A DNA stretch of 64,000 bases from Thermoanaerobaculia bacterium (GCA_036395755.1 DASWCZ010000069.1:77988-141987); one strand, 5' to 3'; positions 18,723 through 27,620 are shown, numbered from the stretch's first letter. The notes: a model not told the origin generated them from the sequence alone. Program-made: numbers and translations.

Positions 18723-19595
18723 GTGAAGAGACGCGGATCTCTCGCCGTACTCCTGGCACTCGCGAGCGCCTGCCGCGGAGAAGGCGAGCGGCCGCTCCGT
18801 ATCGGGTCGAAGAACTTCTCCGAGCAGGTCATCCTGGGCGAGATCGCCGCCCAGGGTCTCGAGGCCCGTGGCGTGCGCGTCGACCGCAGGCTGAATCTGG
18901 GCGGCACGTTCGTCTGCCACCAGGCGTTGAAGGCCGGCGAGCTCGGCCTCTATCCCGAATACACCGGGACCGCGTTCACTGCGATCCTCGCCCGAAAACC
19001 GGTCTCGGAACCGGAGCTCGTCCGCGCCGAGGTCGCGAAGGAATACCGGAAACGCTGGAACCTCGTCTGGTCGCCGCCGCTCGGTTTTGAGAATACGTTC
19101 GCGCTCGTCATGCGCCGCGAGGACGCGGCGCGTTTGCACATCTCGAAGATCTCGGACCTGGCGGCGCACCCCGAGATCCGGCCGGGGTTCGGATACGAGT
19201 TTCTCGAGCGCGAGGACGGCTTTCCGGGGCTCGCGAAGACGTACGGCCTGCGCTTCTCGCAGCGGCCGGCGCAGATGGACCTGGGACTTCTCTACCAGGC
19301 GCTCGCCAGCCGCAAAGTCGACCTCGTGGCAGGCAACTCGACCGACGGCCTGATCGACGCGATCGGAGGGGTCGTGCTCCAGGACGACCGGCGGTACTTC
19401 CCGCCGTACGAGGCGGCGTTCGTGCTGGGCGCGGAAGTCTGGAAGCGGCCGGCGGTCCGGGCGTTCTTCGAGTCACTCGCTGGAACGATCGACGCGGCGA
19501 TGATGCGAAAAATGAATGCGTCAGTCGACCAGGACAAGCGCCGTCCGGAGGACGTCGCGCGCGAGTTCCTCAGGCGCTCGGTAAAATCACCCTAG
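18723..19595 (+). CDS. Osmoprotectant (glycine betaine/choline) ABC transporter substrate-binding lipoprotein
   Basis: Lipobox ASAC; IGSKNFSEQ, YPEYTGT, GFENTFAL, EREDG, DDRRYFPPY. Confidence 0.92.
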   Translation: MKRRGSLAVLLALASACRGEGERPLRIGSKNFSEQVILGEIAAQGLEARGVRVDRRLNLGGTFVCHQALKAGELGLYPEYTGTAFTAILARKPVSEPELVRAEVAKEYRKRWNLVWSPPLGFENTFALVMRREDAARLHISKISDLAAHPEIRPGFGYEFLEREDGFPGLAKTYGLRFSQRPAQMDLGLLYQALASRKVDLVAGNSTDGLIDAIGGVVLQDDRRYFPPYEAAFVLGAEVWKRPAVRAFFESLAGTIDAAMMRKMNASVDQDKRRPEDVAREFLRRSVKSP

Positions 19596-19600
19596 CAGGC

Positions 19601-19644
19601 ATGTGGCAACCTGACCCCCAATGTGGCAAGTGGAGACCTGACCC
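19601..19644. repeat. REP-like repeat family B (right arm of 44-bp inverted repeat)
   Basis: Reverse complement matches 18650-18693 at 40/44, outer 24 bp identical. Confidence 0.85.
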
Positions 19645-19646
19645 TC

Positions 19647-20279
19647 TCAAGGCTGCATCCGCCGCTCGAGGAACCCCAGCAGGCCGTCCGCGGCGAGGGC
19701 GAGGAGCGCGGCCGGAACCGCTCCCGCGAGGATCAACCGGTGATCGACGATCGCGACGCCGCGGTAGATTAGGACCCCGAGTCCCCCCGCTCCGATTGCA
19801 GCCGCGATGGTCGCGAGCCCGATTGACACCACGGTCGCGATCCGGACCCCGGCGAGAACAACCGGCAGCGCGAGCGGCAGCTCGACGAGCCGGAGGCGCT
19901 GCCGCGGCGTCATGCCGAGCCCGATCGCCGATTCGATGACCGCGGGGTCCACCGAGGAAATCCCGACGTGCGTGTTTCGAAGGATCGGGAGGAGCGCGTA
20001 GACGACGAGCGCGGCAATCGCGGTGCGCGCGCCGATCCCGCCGATGAGCGGCATCGGGATCAAAAACCCGAAGAGAGCGAGGCTCGGAATCGTCTGGACG
20101 ACGTTTGCGAAGCCGAGGATCGGACGCGCGAGACGAGGGCGCCGCGTCAGCGCGACCCCGAGCGGAACGCCGATGGCCACGGCGAGGGCCGTCGAGATGA
20201 GCACCAGGACGACGTGCTCTCCCGTCAGGGCCACGATTTCCGCCCGCCGTTCCCAGAAGTACGCGGAGAAATCGCTCAG
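19647..20279 (-). CDS. Osmoprotectant ABC transporter permease
   Basis: QTIPSLALFG, LLPILRNT, ESAIGLGM, VELPLA, IGAGGLG; probable CTG start overlapping ATPase TGA. Confidence 0.9.
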   Translation of the reverse strand: MSDFSAYFWERRAEIVALTGEHVVLVLISTALAVAIGVPLGVALTRRPRLARPILGFANVVQTIPSLALFGFLIPMPLIGGIGARTAIAALVVYALLPILRNTHVGISSVDPAVIESAIGLGMTPRQRLRLVELPLALPVVLAGVRIATVVSIGLATIAAAIGAGGLGVLIYRGVAIVDHRLILAGAVPAALLALAADGLLGFLERRMQP

Positions 20280-21028
20280 GGGGCCGCCCCCGGCAGCTCG
20301 TCGGAAACGAACTCGCGCACGAAGTCGTCCGCCGGCGCGGCGAGGATCTCCCGCGCGGTGCCGGTCTGCCGCGCCCGGCCGCGATCGACGATCGCGACGC
20401 GGTCGCCGAGCCGGAACGCTTCGCGCAGATCGTGCGTGACCAGGAGGACGGCCTTGTGAAGCCTCCGCTTCCAGTCCAGGAATTCCTTCTGCATCGAGCG
20501 CCGGGCGATCGGATCCAGCGCGCCGAAAGGCTCGTCCATCAGCAGAACCGGCGGGTCGGCGGCGAGCGCGCGCGCGACACCCACCCGCTGCCGCTGTCCG
20601 CCGGACAGCTCTCGCGGCCGCCGCTCCCCGAACTCCGCTGCGGGAAGCCCGACGAGCCCGAGGAGCTCTTCCGACCGCGCGCGTCTCTGGGTTTCCTTCC
20701 AGCCGATCAAGCGGGGTACGGCTTCGACGTTCTTCCTCACGCTCCAGTGAGGGAAGAGGCCCGCCTCCTGGATGACGTACCCGAGCCGCCGGCGCAGCGC
20801 GATCGGGTCCTCGCCCCGGACATCGCGGCCGAACACGAGAACCTCTCCCGAGTCGTGATCGAGCAGGCGATTGACGAGCTTCAACGCCGTCGTCTTCCCG
20901 CACCCCGAGGGACCGACGAGCGCGAGCGTCTCCCCAACGCCCACCGTCAGGGAGAGTCCGTCGAGCACCGAACGGCCGTCTCCGAACGACTTGCGGACGT
21001 CGCGAAATTCGATGACGGGAGGGGACAA
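20276..21028 (-). CDS. Osmoprotectant ABC transporter ATP-binding protein
   Basis: GPSGCGKTT, LSGGQRQR, LLMDEPFGALD; TTG start at 21028 after GGAG. Confidence 0.92.
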   Translation of the reverse strand: MSPPVIEFRDVRKSFGDGRSVLDGLSLTVGVGETLALVGPSGCGKTTALKLVNRLLDHDSGEVLVFGRDVRGEDPIALRRRLGYVIQEAGLFPHWSVRKNVEAVPRLIGWKETQRRARSEELLGLVGLPAAEFGERRPRELSGGQRQRVGVARALAADPPVLLMDEPFGALDPIARRSMQKEFLDWKRRLHKAVLLVTHDLREAFRLGDRVAIVDRGRARQTGTAREILAAPADDFVREFVSDELPGAAP

Positions 21029-21084
21029 GATGTTCGCTCCGGCTCCAGGTGAGCTTAGCTTCTCTCTTTGAGAGAATGGGAACG

Positions 21085-22371
21085 ATGTCGCAGCCTTACG
21101 ACGCGGTCGTGATCGGAGGAGGCCCCGGCGGCTCGACGGTGGCCACGCTGCTCGCGCGAGCGGGCCGCAAGGTCGTTTTGCTCGAGCGTGAGAAGTTCCC
21201 GCGTTTCCACGTCGGGGAGTCCCTTCTTCCCTACAACCTTCCAATCTTCGACCGTCTGGGCGTGGCGGAGAAGGTCCGCGCGGCCGGCTTTCAGCAGAAG
21301 CGCGGGGCGTACTTCTGGAACGAAGAGACGGGCGGCATCCGGCCGGTCGACTTCTCGACGGGGATCGACGACAGGCACCCCTCCGCTTACCAGGTCAAGC
21401 GCGCGGACTTCGACCAGCTCCTGCTCTCCCACGCCGCGGAGGCCGGGGCGGAAGTCCGCGAGGAGACCGCCGTTCTCCGGGTTCTCTTCGAGAACGACCG
21501 GGCAGTCGGGGTCGTCGCCCGCCGCCGGAGCGGCGCCGACCTCGAGATCCGGGCGCGGGTCGTCGTCGATGCGTCGGGGCAGGACGCTCTGCTCTCGCGT
21601 CAGCTCGGCACCCGGCGCTTCGACAAACGCTTGAAGCGCGCCGCGCTCTTCGCGCACTACGAGGGATTCCGCTGGCCGCAGGACCACCGGCCGGGCGACA
21701 TCCTGCTGCCGATCGACCGAGGCGTCTGGTACTGGATCATTCCGTTTTCCGACAAGACGTGCAGCGTCGGCGCAGTATTCGAGCCCTCGTTGGCCCGAAG
21801 CGGCGCCGGAGAGAATGCCTCGGTCGAAGATCGCTTCGACTGGCTCCTCGCCCGATCGGCACGCACGACCGAGCTCCTGGCCGGATCCAGACGGACGAGC
21901 CGGGTCTTCGGGATCTCGGACTACTCGACCTCCTCCGCGCGCGCCGCCGGCGATGGATGGGCGCTGGTCGGGGACGCGGCGACTTTTCTCGATCCGGTTT
22001 TCTCGACCGGCGTGTTCCTCGCGATGGCCATGGGAGAGCGCGTGGCGAAGCGGATCGACCGCGCGATCGAGACCCGCGGAGCCGTCCGCGCCGCCGACCT
22101 CGAGCCCTACAGCAGGGAGGCCCGCCGCCTGGTGGCGCGCTTCCGACGCTTCGTGTACGCCTTCTACGATCCGGTCTTCTTCGAGGCGTTCTGCTCCAAG
22201 GAGCCGTTCGACAGGATGCGCGCCGCCGTCACCACGATCCTCTCCGGAGGAGTCGAAAAAGTTTCCTTGATGTCGCGAATCTGGATCGAGCTCGTCTTTC
22301 TTTCGGTCGGCTTCGACCGTTTCCGCCGAAAGCTCGGAATCGGTCCGAAACCGGAGAACGCCGCGGCCTAG
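21085..22371 (+). CDS. FAD-dependent oxidoreductase, tryptophan-halogenase family
   Basis: GGGPGG, FPRFHVGESLLP, DASG, WYWIIP, GDAATFLDPVFSTG. Confidence 0.85.
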   Translation: MSQPYDAVVIGGGPGGSTVATLLARAGRKVVLLEREKFPRFHVGESLLPYNLPIFDRLGVAEKVRAAGFQQKRGAYFWNEETGGIRPVDFSTGIDDRHPSAYQVKRADFDQLLLSHAAEAGAEVREETAVLRVLFENDRAVGVVARRRSGADLEIRARVVVDASGQDALLSRQLGTRRFDKRLKRAALFAHYEGFRWPQDHRPGDILLPIDRGVWYWIIPFSDKTCSVGAVFEPSLARSGAGENASVEDRFDWLLARSARTTELLAGSRRTSRVFGISDYSTSSARAAGDGWALVGDAATFLDPVFSTGVFLAMAMGERVAKRIDRAIETRGAVRAADLEPYSREARRLVARFRRFVYAFYDPVFFEAFCSKEPFDRMRAAVTTILSGGVEKVSLMSRIWIELVFLSVGFDRFRRKLGIGPKPENAAA

Positions 22372-22385
22372 CTTCGATCCCGCGG

Positions 22386-22943
22386 TCAGCCGCCGAGCAG
22401 CCCTTTCTTCAGGTCGGCCTGGACCGGGCTCGGGCCGAGCCACACCGCGAAGAGCGCGTCGGCGAAGTCTTTCCCCTCGATGACGCCCTTCTCGACGTTC
22501 TTCGCCGAGACGACCGTTCCCTTGCCCGGGACGTAGGTGAGCGTAATCCGATCGCCCTTCTCGACGTTCGGAATCATCGAGTTCAGCCGGTCGAGGCGCG
22601 CTTTCAAGCCGGCGAGCTGGCTCTTCGAGTTCTTCTCGAAGCCTTCGGTGATCGCTTCGGTGATCTTCGAGTGGTCGAGCGCCCGCAGGAGCGAGAGCTG
22701 CATCTGTTTGACCTGGTCGGAAGAGATCACGGCGTCGGCGTCCTTCGACGGGGTCTCGAGATACAGCCCGGCCACGTAGACCTTGAACACGACCTTCGTC
22801 CGCAGCCCCATGCCGTTCAACCTTAAGGTCTTGCCCTCGACAGTCGTCGTGTCGGGAAGCGTGACCCCGGCGACCTCCCGCGCGAAACCGGGCGAGACGA
22901 TCGCGAGCGTCGCGAGTACCGCAAGGAAAGTCTTTCTTTGCAT
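22386..22943 (-). CDS. Chalcone-isomerase-like exported protein
   Basis: Signal peptide; LNGMGLR.K..FKVYVAGLY, FAVWLG..P....LKKGLLG. Confidence 0.85.
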   Translation of the reverse strand: MQRKTFLAVLATLAIVSPGFAREVAGVTLPDTTTVEGKTLRLNGMGLRTKVVFKVYVAGLYLETPSKDADAVISSDQVKQMQLSLLRALDHSKITEAITEGFEKNSKSQLAGLKARLDRLNSMIPNVEKGDRITLTYVPGKGTVVSAKNVEKGVIEGKDFADALFAVWLGPSPVQADLKKGLLGG

Positions 22944-22989
22944 CGCTGGCCCTCTTCTGGCGAAGTTTACTTTGGACTTCGACCGGGAC

Positions 22990-24030
22990 TCAGCCGGTGT
23001 ACCTCGCCCGGGCCAGATCGACGATTTCGCGAATCAGGTCGGTGTAGCTGCGACCCGCCTTCTTCGCAGCCATGGCGAACTCCGCGGTGGAGGCGAGCCA
23101 GGGGTTCGGGTTCGCCTCGATGACGAACACTTCTCCCTTCTTCGTCAGCCGCATGTCGACCCGCCCGTAGTCGCGCAGCTTCAGAGCCTGGTACACGGAG
23201 AGCGCCGTCTCCGAAAGTCGTTTGATCGTCGACTCTTCGAGATCCTCGGCGGGAGCCGACTTCGTCATCTTGTACGCCTCGGTCTCCTTGTCCCACTTGA
23301 CTTCCTTGCCGGCGATCTTCGGCGTTCCTTTCGGAAGCTTCGAGAGATCGAGCTCGACCATCGGCAGGACTTCCGGATTCTCGTTGCCGATGATCGCGGC
23401 GTAGATCTCACGTCCTTCGATGTACTCCTCGATCAGGGCCGGCGAATCGAACTCCTGCTGGATGTAGTGAATGCGCTCCATCAGCTCCTTGATGCTCTCG
23501 ACGACCGAGCCGGCGTCGATGCCGATCGAGCCATCTTCGGAAGTGGGCTTCACGATCAGCGGGAAGGAGATGTCGTGCGAGTGGTCCAGCTTGCCGCGAT
23601 AGGAGGTCGCGAAATATGGAGTCTTGATTCCATGGAACGCGAAAATCTTTTTCGCGAGAGCCTTGTCCTGTGCGAGGTAGAGCGCATGGGGGCCGGCGCC
23701 GGTGTAGCGGCAACCGAGCAGCTCCAGGTAGGCGGCGATGTTCATGTCCATCGTGTCGTCGCCGGCGTACGACTCGGTGAGGTTGAAAACGAGGTCGACA
23801 TCGAGGCGCGCGAGCGCGATGAGGGTCTTCTCCGCGCCGTCCAAGACCTGGTAGAACGGTTCATGGCCGAGCTTTCCGAGAGCCTCGAAGATCTCCTCGC
23901 GATCCGGCTTTTCCTGCTTCTTTTTCCGCCGTTTGCCGCGGACCGGCTTCGCGGAAGCAGGCTCTGGTGCCGGCTCCGTCTCCTCCCAGACGTCGTAGAG
24001 AACCGCGACCTTGAACTTCTCGGAGCTCAT
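22990..24030 (-). CDS. ATP-grasp ligase, D-Ala-D-Ala-ligase-like
   Basis: LVFNL.E, YTG, QDKALAK, PLIVKP..EDGSIGI, EEYIEGRE, YGRVDMR, IEANPNP; no Ddl N-terminal GGxSxE. Confidence 0.85.
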   Translation of the reverse strand: MSSEKFKVAVLYDVWEETEPAPEPASAKPVRGKRRKKKQEKPDREEIFEALGKLGHEPFYQVLDGAEKTLIALARLDVDLVFNLTESYAGDDTMDMNIAAYLELLGCRYTGAGPHALYLAQDKALAKKIFAFHGIKTPYFATSYRGKLDHSHDISFPLIVKPTSEDGSIGIDAGSVVESIKELMERIHYIQQEFDSPALIEEYIEGREIYAAIIGNENPEVLPMVELDLSKLPKGTPKIAGKEVKWDKETEAYKMTKSAPAEDLEESTIKRLSETALSVYQALKLRDYGRVDMRLTKKGEVFVIEANPNPWLASTAEFAMAAKKAGRSYTDLIREIVDLARARYTG

Positions 24031-24034
24031 CCGG

Positions 24035-25048
24035 TCAGGGCTGCACGAACTTTCCGCGCGTCAGGTAGTTCATCGCGAGGGCCGTCGCGTACACGGTGAC
24101 CTCCGTCAGGTGCTCCTTCTCGTACTTCACCTCTGCTCGCAGACCGAGCTCGCCGACCTTCGATTCGATCGCCTGGACCAGGCCCTTGACGAGCGGCCGC
24201 TGAACCCCGGTCCAGTAAGTGAGCTTGTCCACCATCGCCTTGTGGTTCTCACGGAGGAGATCGACCGCCGGGCGAACGCCCCTCTTCCGCCGGCGCGATG
24301 CTTTGAAGATGTCGTTCAGGTCGGCCTCGAGCGGCAGCTCCTCGGCAGAGAGCGGCTCGGTGAGCGCCTTGCCGTAGAAGTCGGCGACCGTGGTCTCCAT
24401 CTCCTCGACGGTGATGTCGGTCCGTCCCTTCGAACGGACCGGCTCGGCGTCGCCGAACTTGCGCGCCATGCGATCGGCGTACTTCAGCTTCGCCAGAGCA
24501 CCCCAGCCGCGATACTTCTTGCGCCAGTTGGACCGCGGGGTGAGCCACACCGCAAAGGTCTCGGCGAAGTCCTCGTCCGGGTGCTTCTGCGCGTACCACC
24601 CGTCGATGTGGCGGACGTAGCGCTTCGAGAAAGGGACCGGCCGGTAGCTCTCGCGATACGGCCGGCGGAACGGGCCGAAGAGGGCGCGCCACTCCGGCGT
24701 CTCGTAGAGGCGATACGCGTAGTTGAACGCGTGTCCAGCTTCGTGCCGGAGATACATCATGATCTCGCGCTCGTCCTCGAGATCGTTCATTTCCTTCTCG
24801 AGCCGCGCGAGCTTCGGGTTCGCGAGGTAGAAAGGGATTCCTATGACCGGCTCTCCGGACGGGCATCCCCACTCGTCCGTGAGATAGCAGAGCGGCCGGA
24901 ACCTGCGGATCCCTTTCCGCTCGAGCTCCCGGTAGAGCCTCTGGATCGAGCGCTCGAGCGGAGAACCCTCGAGCTTGAGCCCCAGCTCCTTGATCGGCTT
25001 GGAAAGGATTTCCTGGACGTCCGGAGGCGCTTTTTCGAAGGCTTGCAA
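24035..25048 (-). CDS. Putative zinc-binding metallopeptidase (HExxH; Peptidase_Mx-like)
   Basis: LRHEAGHA and YAQKHPDEDFAETFAVW; start uncertain (TTG 25048 preferred). Confidence 0.8.
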   Translation of the reverse strand: MQAFEKAPPDVQEILSKPIKELGLKLEGSPLERSIQRLYRELERKGIRRFRPLCYLTDEWGCPSGEPVIGIPFYLANPKLARLEKEMNDLEDEREIMMYLRHEAGHAFNYAYRLYETPEWRALFGPFRRPYRESYRPVPFSKRYVRHIDGWYAQKHPDEDFAETFAVWLTPRSNWRKKYRGWGALAKLKYADRMARKFGDAEPVRSKGRTDITVEEMETTVADFYGKALTEPLSAEELPLEADLNDIFKASRRRKRGVRPAVDLLRENHKAMVDKLTYWTGVQRPLVKGLVQAIESKVGELGLRAEVKYEKEHLTEVTVYATALAMNYLTRGKFVQP

Positions 25049-25222
25049 GGCTTTTCGGAAAGGGTAGCACGGCGCGCGGCGATTCCGTCGAGGACCTCGC
25101 TTCACAATGACGAACGATCGTCGCGTTCGCGAGCGGGGATCAGCGCCGAGGTCGAAACGGAGGTCGCGATCGTGGCGCCCGTTGACCGGCGGCGCGCAAG
25201 TCTCTACCCTTGAGAGCAATAC

Positions 25223-26386
25223 ATGAACATCTTTTTCCTGGGCCAGCTCCTCCACACGGTCGGGGCTGCTCTCCTCGCCGCGATCTTTCTCTATCTCTCG
25301 CGCGGGAAGGGCAACCGGGCGCTGAACGCGGCGGGAGTGGCGTTCGTGTTCCTTTCCCTCTCGCTCGCTTCGCTCCTACTCCTCTCCGGCCGAGGTCTTC
25401 CCTTCGAGAACTTCCTCTTTCAGTACTGGAAGACCCTTTTCATCGTCGCGCTCATCGTGGCGGCGCGGCGGATGGACCGCAACGCGCCGCTCGCGCGTCC
25501 GCTCACCGTCGCCGCCGTCGTCGCCCTGCCCATTTCTCTCGCCGTGGTGTTCTGGAGCGGTCAGAGCGTGCTTTTCTACGCGGTCCACGCCGGGCTGCTC
25601 GCGATCGCCTGGTCCGCGATCGCGGTTTTGATCGGCGCCGGCCGCTCATCCGGTATCGGAAAACGATTCGCGGCGCTCCTCGCGGTCATGACCGTCGCCT
25701 TCCAGGCGACCTACGCGGTCTTCTCCGCCCTCGCCGTCGGACCGGGACAGCACGATTCGTTTCTTCTCTATGCCGGCTTCTACGACCTCTTTCTCGAGAT
25801 GCTCTTCGGCATCGGGCTCATCATCTGGGCGATGGAGGAGACGGAAGCGCGGCTGTCGGTCATCCACGCGCGGGCGCTCGACGACACCCGGCGTCGCAAG
25901 CGGCTTGCTCTGATCGATCCGCTGACCGAGGTCTACAACCGGCACTTTTTCGACGAGATCCGACCGAGCCTCGACCGGGAAGCCGCGGGAGGTACCGTGG
26001 TTCTCGTGGACGTGGACGAGCTGAAGACGATCAACGACACCCAGGGTCACGACGAGGGGGACAAGGCGATCTGGACGATCGCGACCGGAATCAAGAAGTT
26101 GATCCGCGGAGCCGACTTCCTGATTCGATGGGGAGGGGACGAGTTCCTGGTGATCCTTCCCGGTATGGACGAAGAGATCGCCAAGCGGCGGTTCTACCTG
26201 CTCCCCCAAAAGATCGAGGAAGTGCGCCAGGCGCCCCGGCTGAAGGAGCGGGCGTACCCGAGGTTTCTCGCCGCGTCGGTCGGGGTCGCCCCCTTCTCGC
26301 GCCGGATTACGATCGAGGACGCGATCGAGAAGGCCGACGCCGTCATGTACGAGCGCAAGAAGGCGCACAAGGAAATGCGGGGATAA
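25223..26386 (+). CDS. Membrane-bound diguanylate cyclase (about 7 TM + GGDEF)
   Basis: DPLTEVYNR, KTINDTQGH..GD, RGAD I-site, RWGGDEF. Confidence 0.92.
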   Translation: MNIFFLGQLLHTVGAALLAAIFLYLSRGKGNRALNAAGVAFVFLSLSLASLLLLSGRGLPFENFLFQYWKTLFIVALIVAARRMDRNAPLARPLTVAAVVALPISLAVVFWSGQSVLFYAVHAGLLAIAWSAIAVLIGAGRSSGIGKRFAALLAVMTVAFQATYAVFSALAVGPGQHDSFLLYAGFYDLFLEMLFGIGLIIWAMEETEARLSVIHARALDDTRRRKRLALIDPLTEVYNRHFFDEIRPSLDREAAGGTVVLVDVDELKTINDTQGHDEGDKAIWTIATGIKKLIRGADFLIRWGGDEFLVILPGMDEEIAKRRFYLLPQKIEEVRQAPRLKERAYPRFLAASVGVAPFSRRITIEDAIEKADAVMYERKKAHKEMRG

Positions 26387-26393
26387 AAAATGT

Positions 26394-26487
26394 GGGGTCG
26401 GGTCTTCACGAGTCACCGCAACCAGCGTTCAGTCGGACGGAGCTTTGCCACTTTGCATGGCAAAGTGGCAAATGGAGACCTGACCCC
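26394..26487. repeat. REPIN-like element of family B
   Basis: Ends GGGGTCGGGTCTTCA / TGGAGACCTGACCCC (13/15 IR); internal perfect 13-bp hairpin TTTGCCACTTTGC-ATG-GCAAAGTGGCAAA (26444-26472). Confidence 0.8.
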
Positions 26488-26760
26488 ATGAACTACCACT
26501 GGGCCGATTGCCCCAACTGCCTCTGCCACCTCGCGGTCAACTGGACGATGCGTCCGGGCGAGATTCTGGGATCGGTGCGCCGCTGGTCCGCCGATCGGTC
26601 GATCAACGACGGAAAAGCATTTCAGCTGCCGGGGGCCGCCGGCGCGACCCCTCTGGTCGTTTCGTGCGTCTGCGGCGCTCCGATTTCGCTTCCCGACCCG
26701 CCCGACGCCGTCGGCGGCGAGCGCTCCGATGACCTGCGCGTCAAGCTCACCGCCGACTGA
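26488..26760 (+). CDS. Small Cys-rich hypothetical protein (90 aa)
   Basis: MNYHWADCPNCLCH...VSCVCG; C-terminal part of track ORF 25210..26760; fits between DGC and Smr genes. Confidence 0.65.
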   Translation: MNYHWADCPNCLCHLAVNWTMRPGEILGSVRRWSADRSINDGKAFQLPGAAGATPLVVSCVCGAPISLPDPPDAVGGERSDDLRVKLTAD

Positions 26761-26784
26761 GGTGCGGCTGACCGCCGTCCGCTC

Positions 26785-27051
26785 TTGAAGCAGATTCCGA
26801 TCGAGGACTCCCTCGATCTGCACTCGTTCCTTCCGCGCGACATCGGCGACGTCGTCTCGGACTACCTCGACGAGGCGCGCCGCCTCGGGTTTCGCGAGGT
26901 CCGGCTGATCCACGGAAAGGGGCGCGGAATGCGCCGGGCGGAAGTCCGCCGGCTGCTCGCCGGCGACTCGCGGATCGCGGACTTCTTCGATGCCCCGCCG
27001 CAACGGGGCGGGTTCGGCGCGACGGTGGTGGTCTTGAAACTGGAGCCTTAG
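26785..27051 (+). CDS. Stand-alone Smr domain protein
   Basis: LDLH, LIHGKGRG, GGFGATVV. Confidence 0.88.
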   Translation: MKQIPIEDSLDLHSFLPRDIGDVVSDYLDEARRLGFREVRLIHGKGRGMRRAEVRRLLAGDSRIADFFDAPPQRGGFGATVVVLKLEP

Positions 27052-27593
27052 GGCGAGACGGCTTCGACCTCGACCTTGACGGGCATTGCCGCGCGCGCGA
27101 CCTTCGAAATGATGCAGTACTTCTCGGACAGCTGCAGCGTCTTCTCGATGCGTGCCCGGTCCCCCTCGATGAGAGCGACCGGCACGAGCGCGTGAATGAC
27201 CGCGCCGGTCATCCGGTATCCGCCCGCCGGGTCCTTCCCGAGCGTTCCGTGCACGCGGATTGCCGGCTCGGCGTACGCGATCTGGAGCTTCTTCAAAAAG
27301 ATCGCCCACGTGTTCACGAAGCAGGCCGCGACGGCGGCCAGGAGGAGCTCTTCCGGGTTTGCCGCCGCCGCGGGCTCGCCCGCGTCGCGGGAGCCGGCGA
27401 TCGGGATCGTCAGGCCGGCATCGGGCAGCCGGATCGCGCCCGTGCCGGAGCCGTCCCCTTTCCAGCTCGCCGACGCTTGGAAAACCTGTCCGGGCTCGGT
27501 CTCTTTTCCGGATTCGACGGACTTCGGCGCCACCGCGCCGTCGGCCTGGGACTCGCGCGTGTTCTTGGCCGACGGATTCTCCGAGTCCGCCAT
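27048..27593 (-). CDS. OsmC/Ohr family protein
   Basis: NPEELLLAAVAAC, EKYCIIS; GAGGTG SD before MADSEN. Confidence 0.85.
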   Translation of the reverse strand: MADSENPSAKNTRESQADGAVAPKSVESGKETEPGQVFQASASWKGDGSGTGAIRLPDAGLTIPIAGSRDAGEPAAAANPEELLLAAVAACFVNTWAIFLKKLQIAYAEPAIRVHGTLGKDPAGGYRMTGAVIHALVPVALIEGDRARIEKTLQLSEKYCIISKVARAAMPVKVEVEAVSP

Positions 27594-27620
27594 CGCCACC
27601 TCTCGAAGGATCATAGACCG

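Noticed and set aside
22990-24030. Calling the ATP-grasp gene ddl
   Set aside because: Lacks Ddl N-terminal signature and cell-wall gene context.
25210-26487. 516-aa ORF crossing the DGC gene and REP element
   Set aside because: Only the part from ATG 26488 looks coding; the rest is an off-frame overlap.
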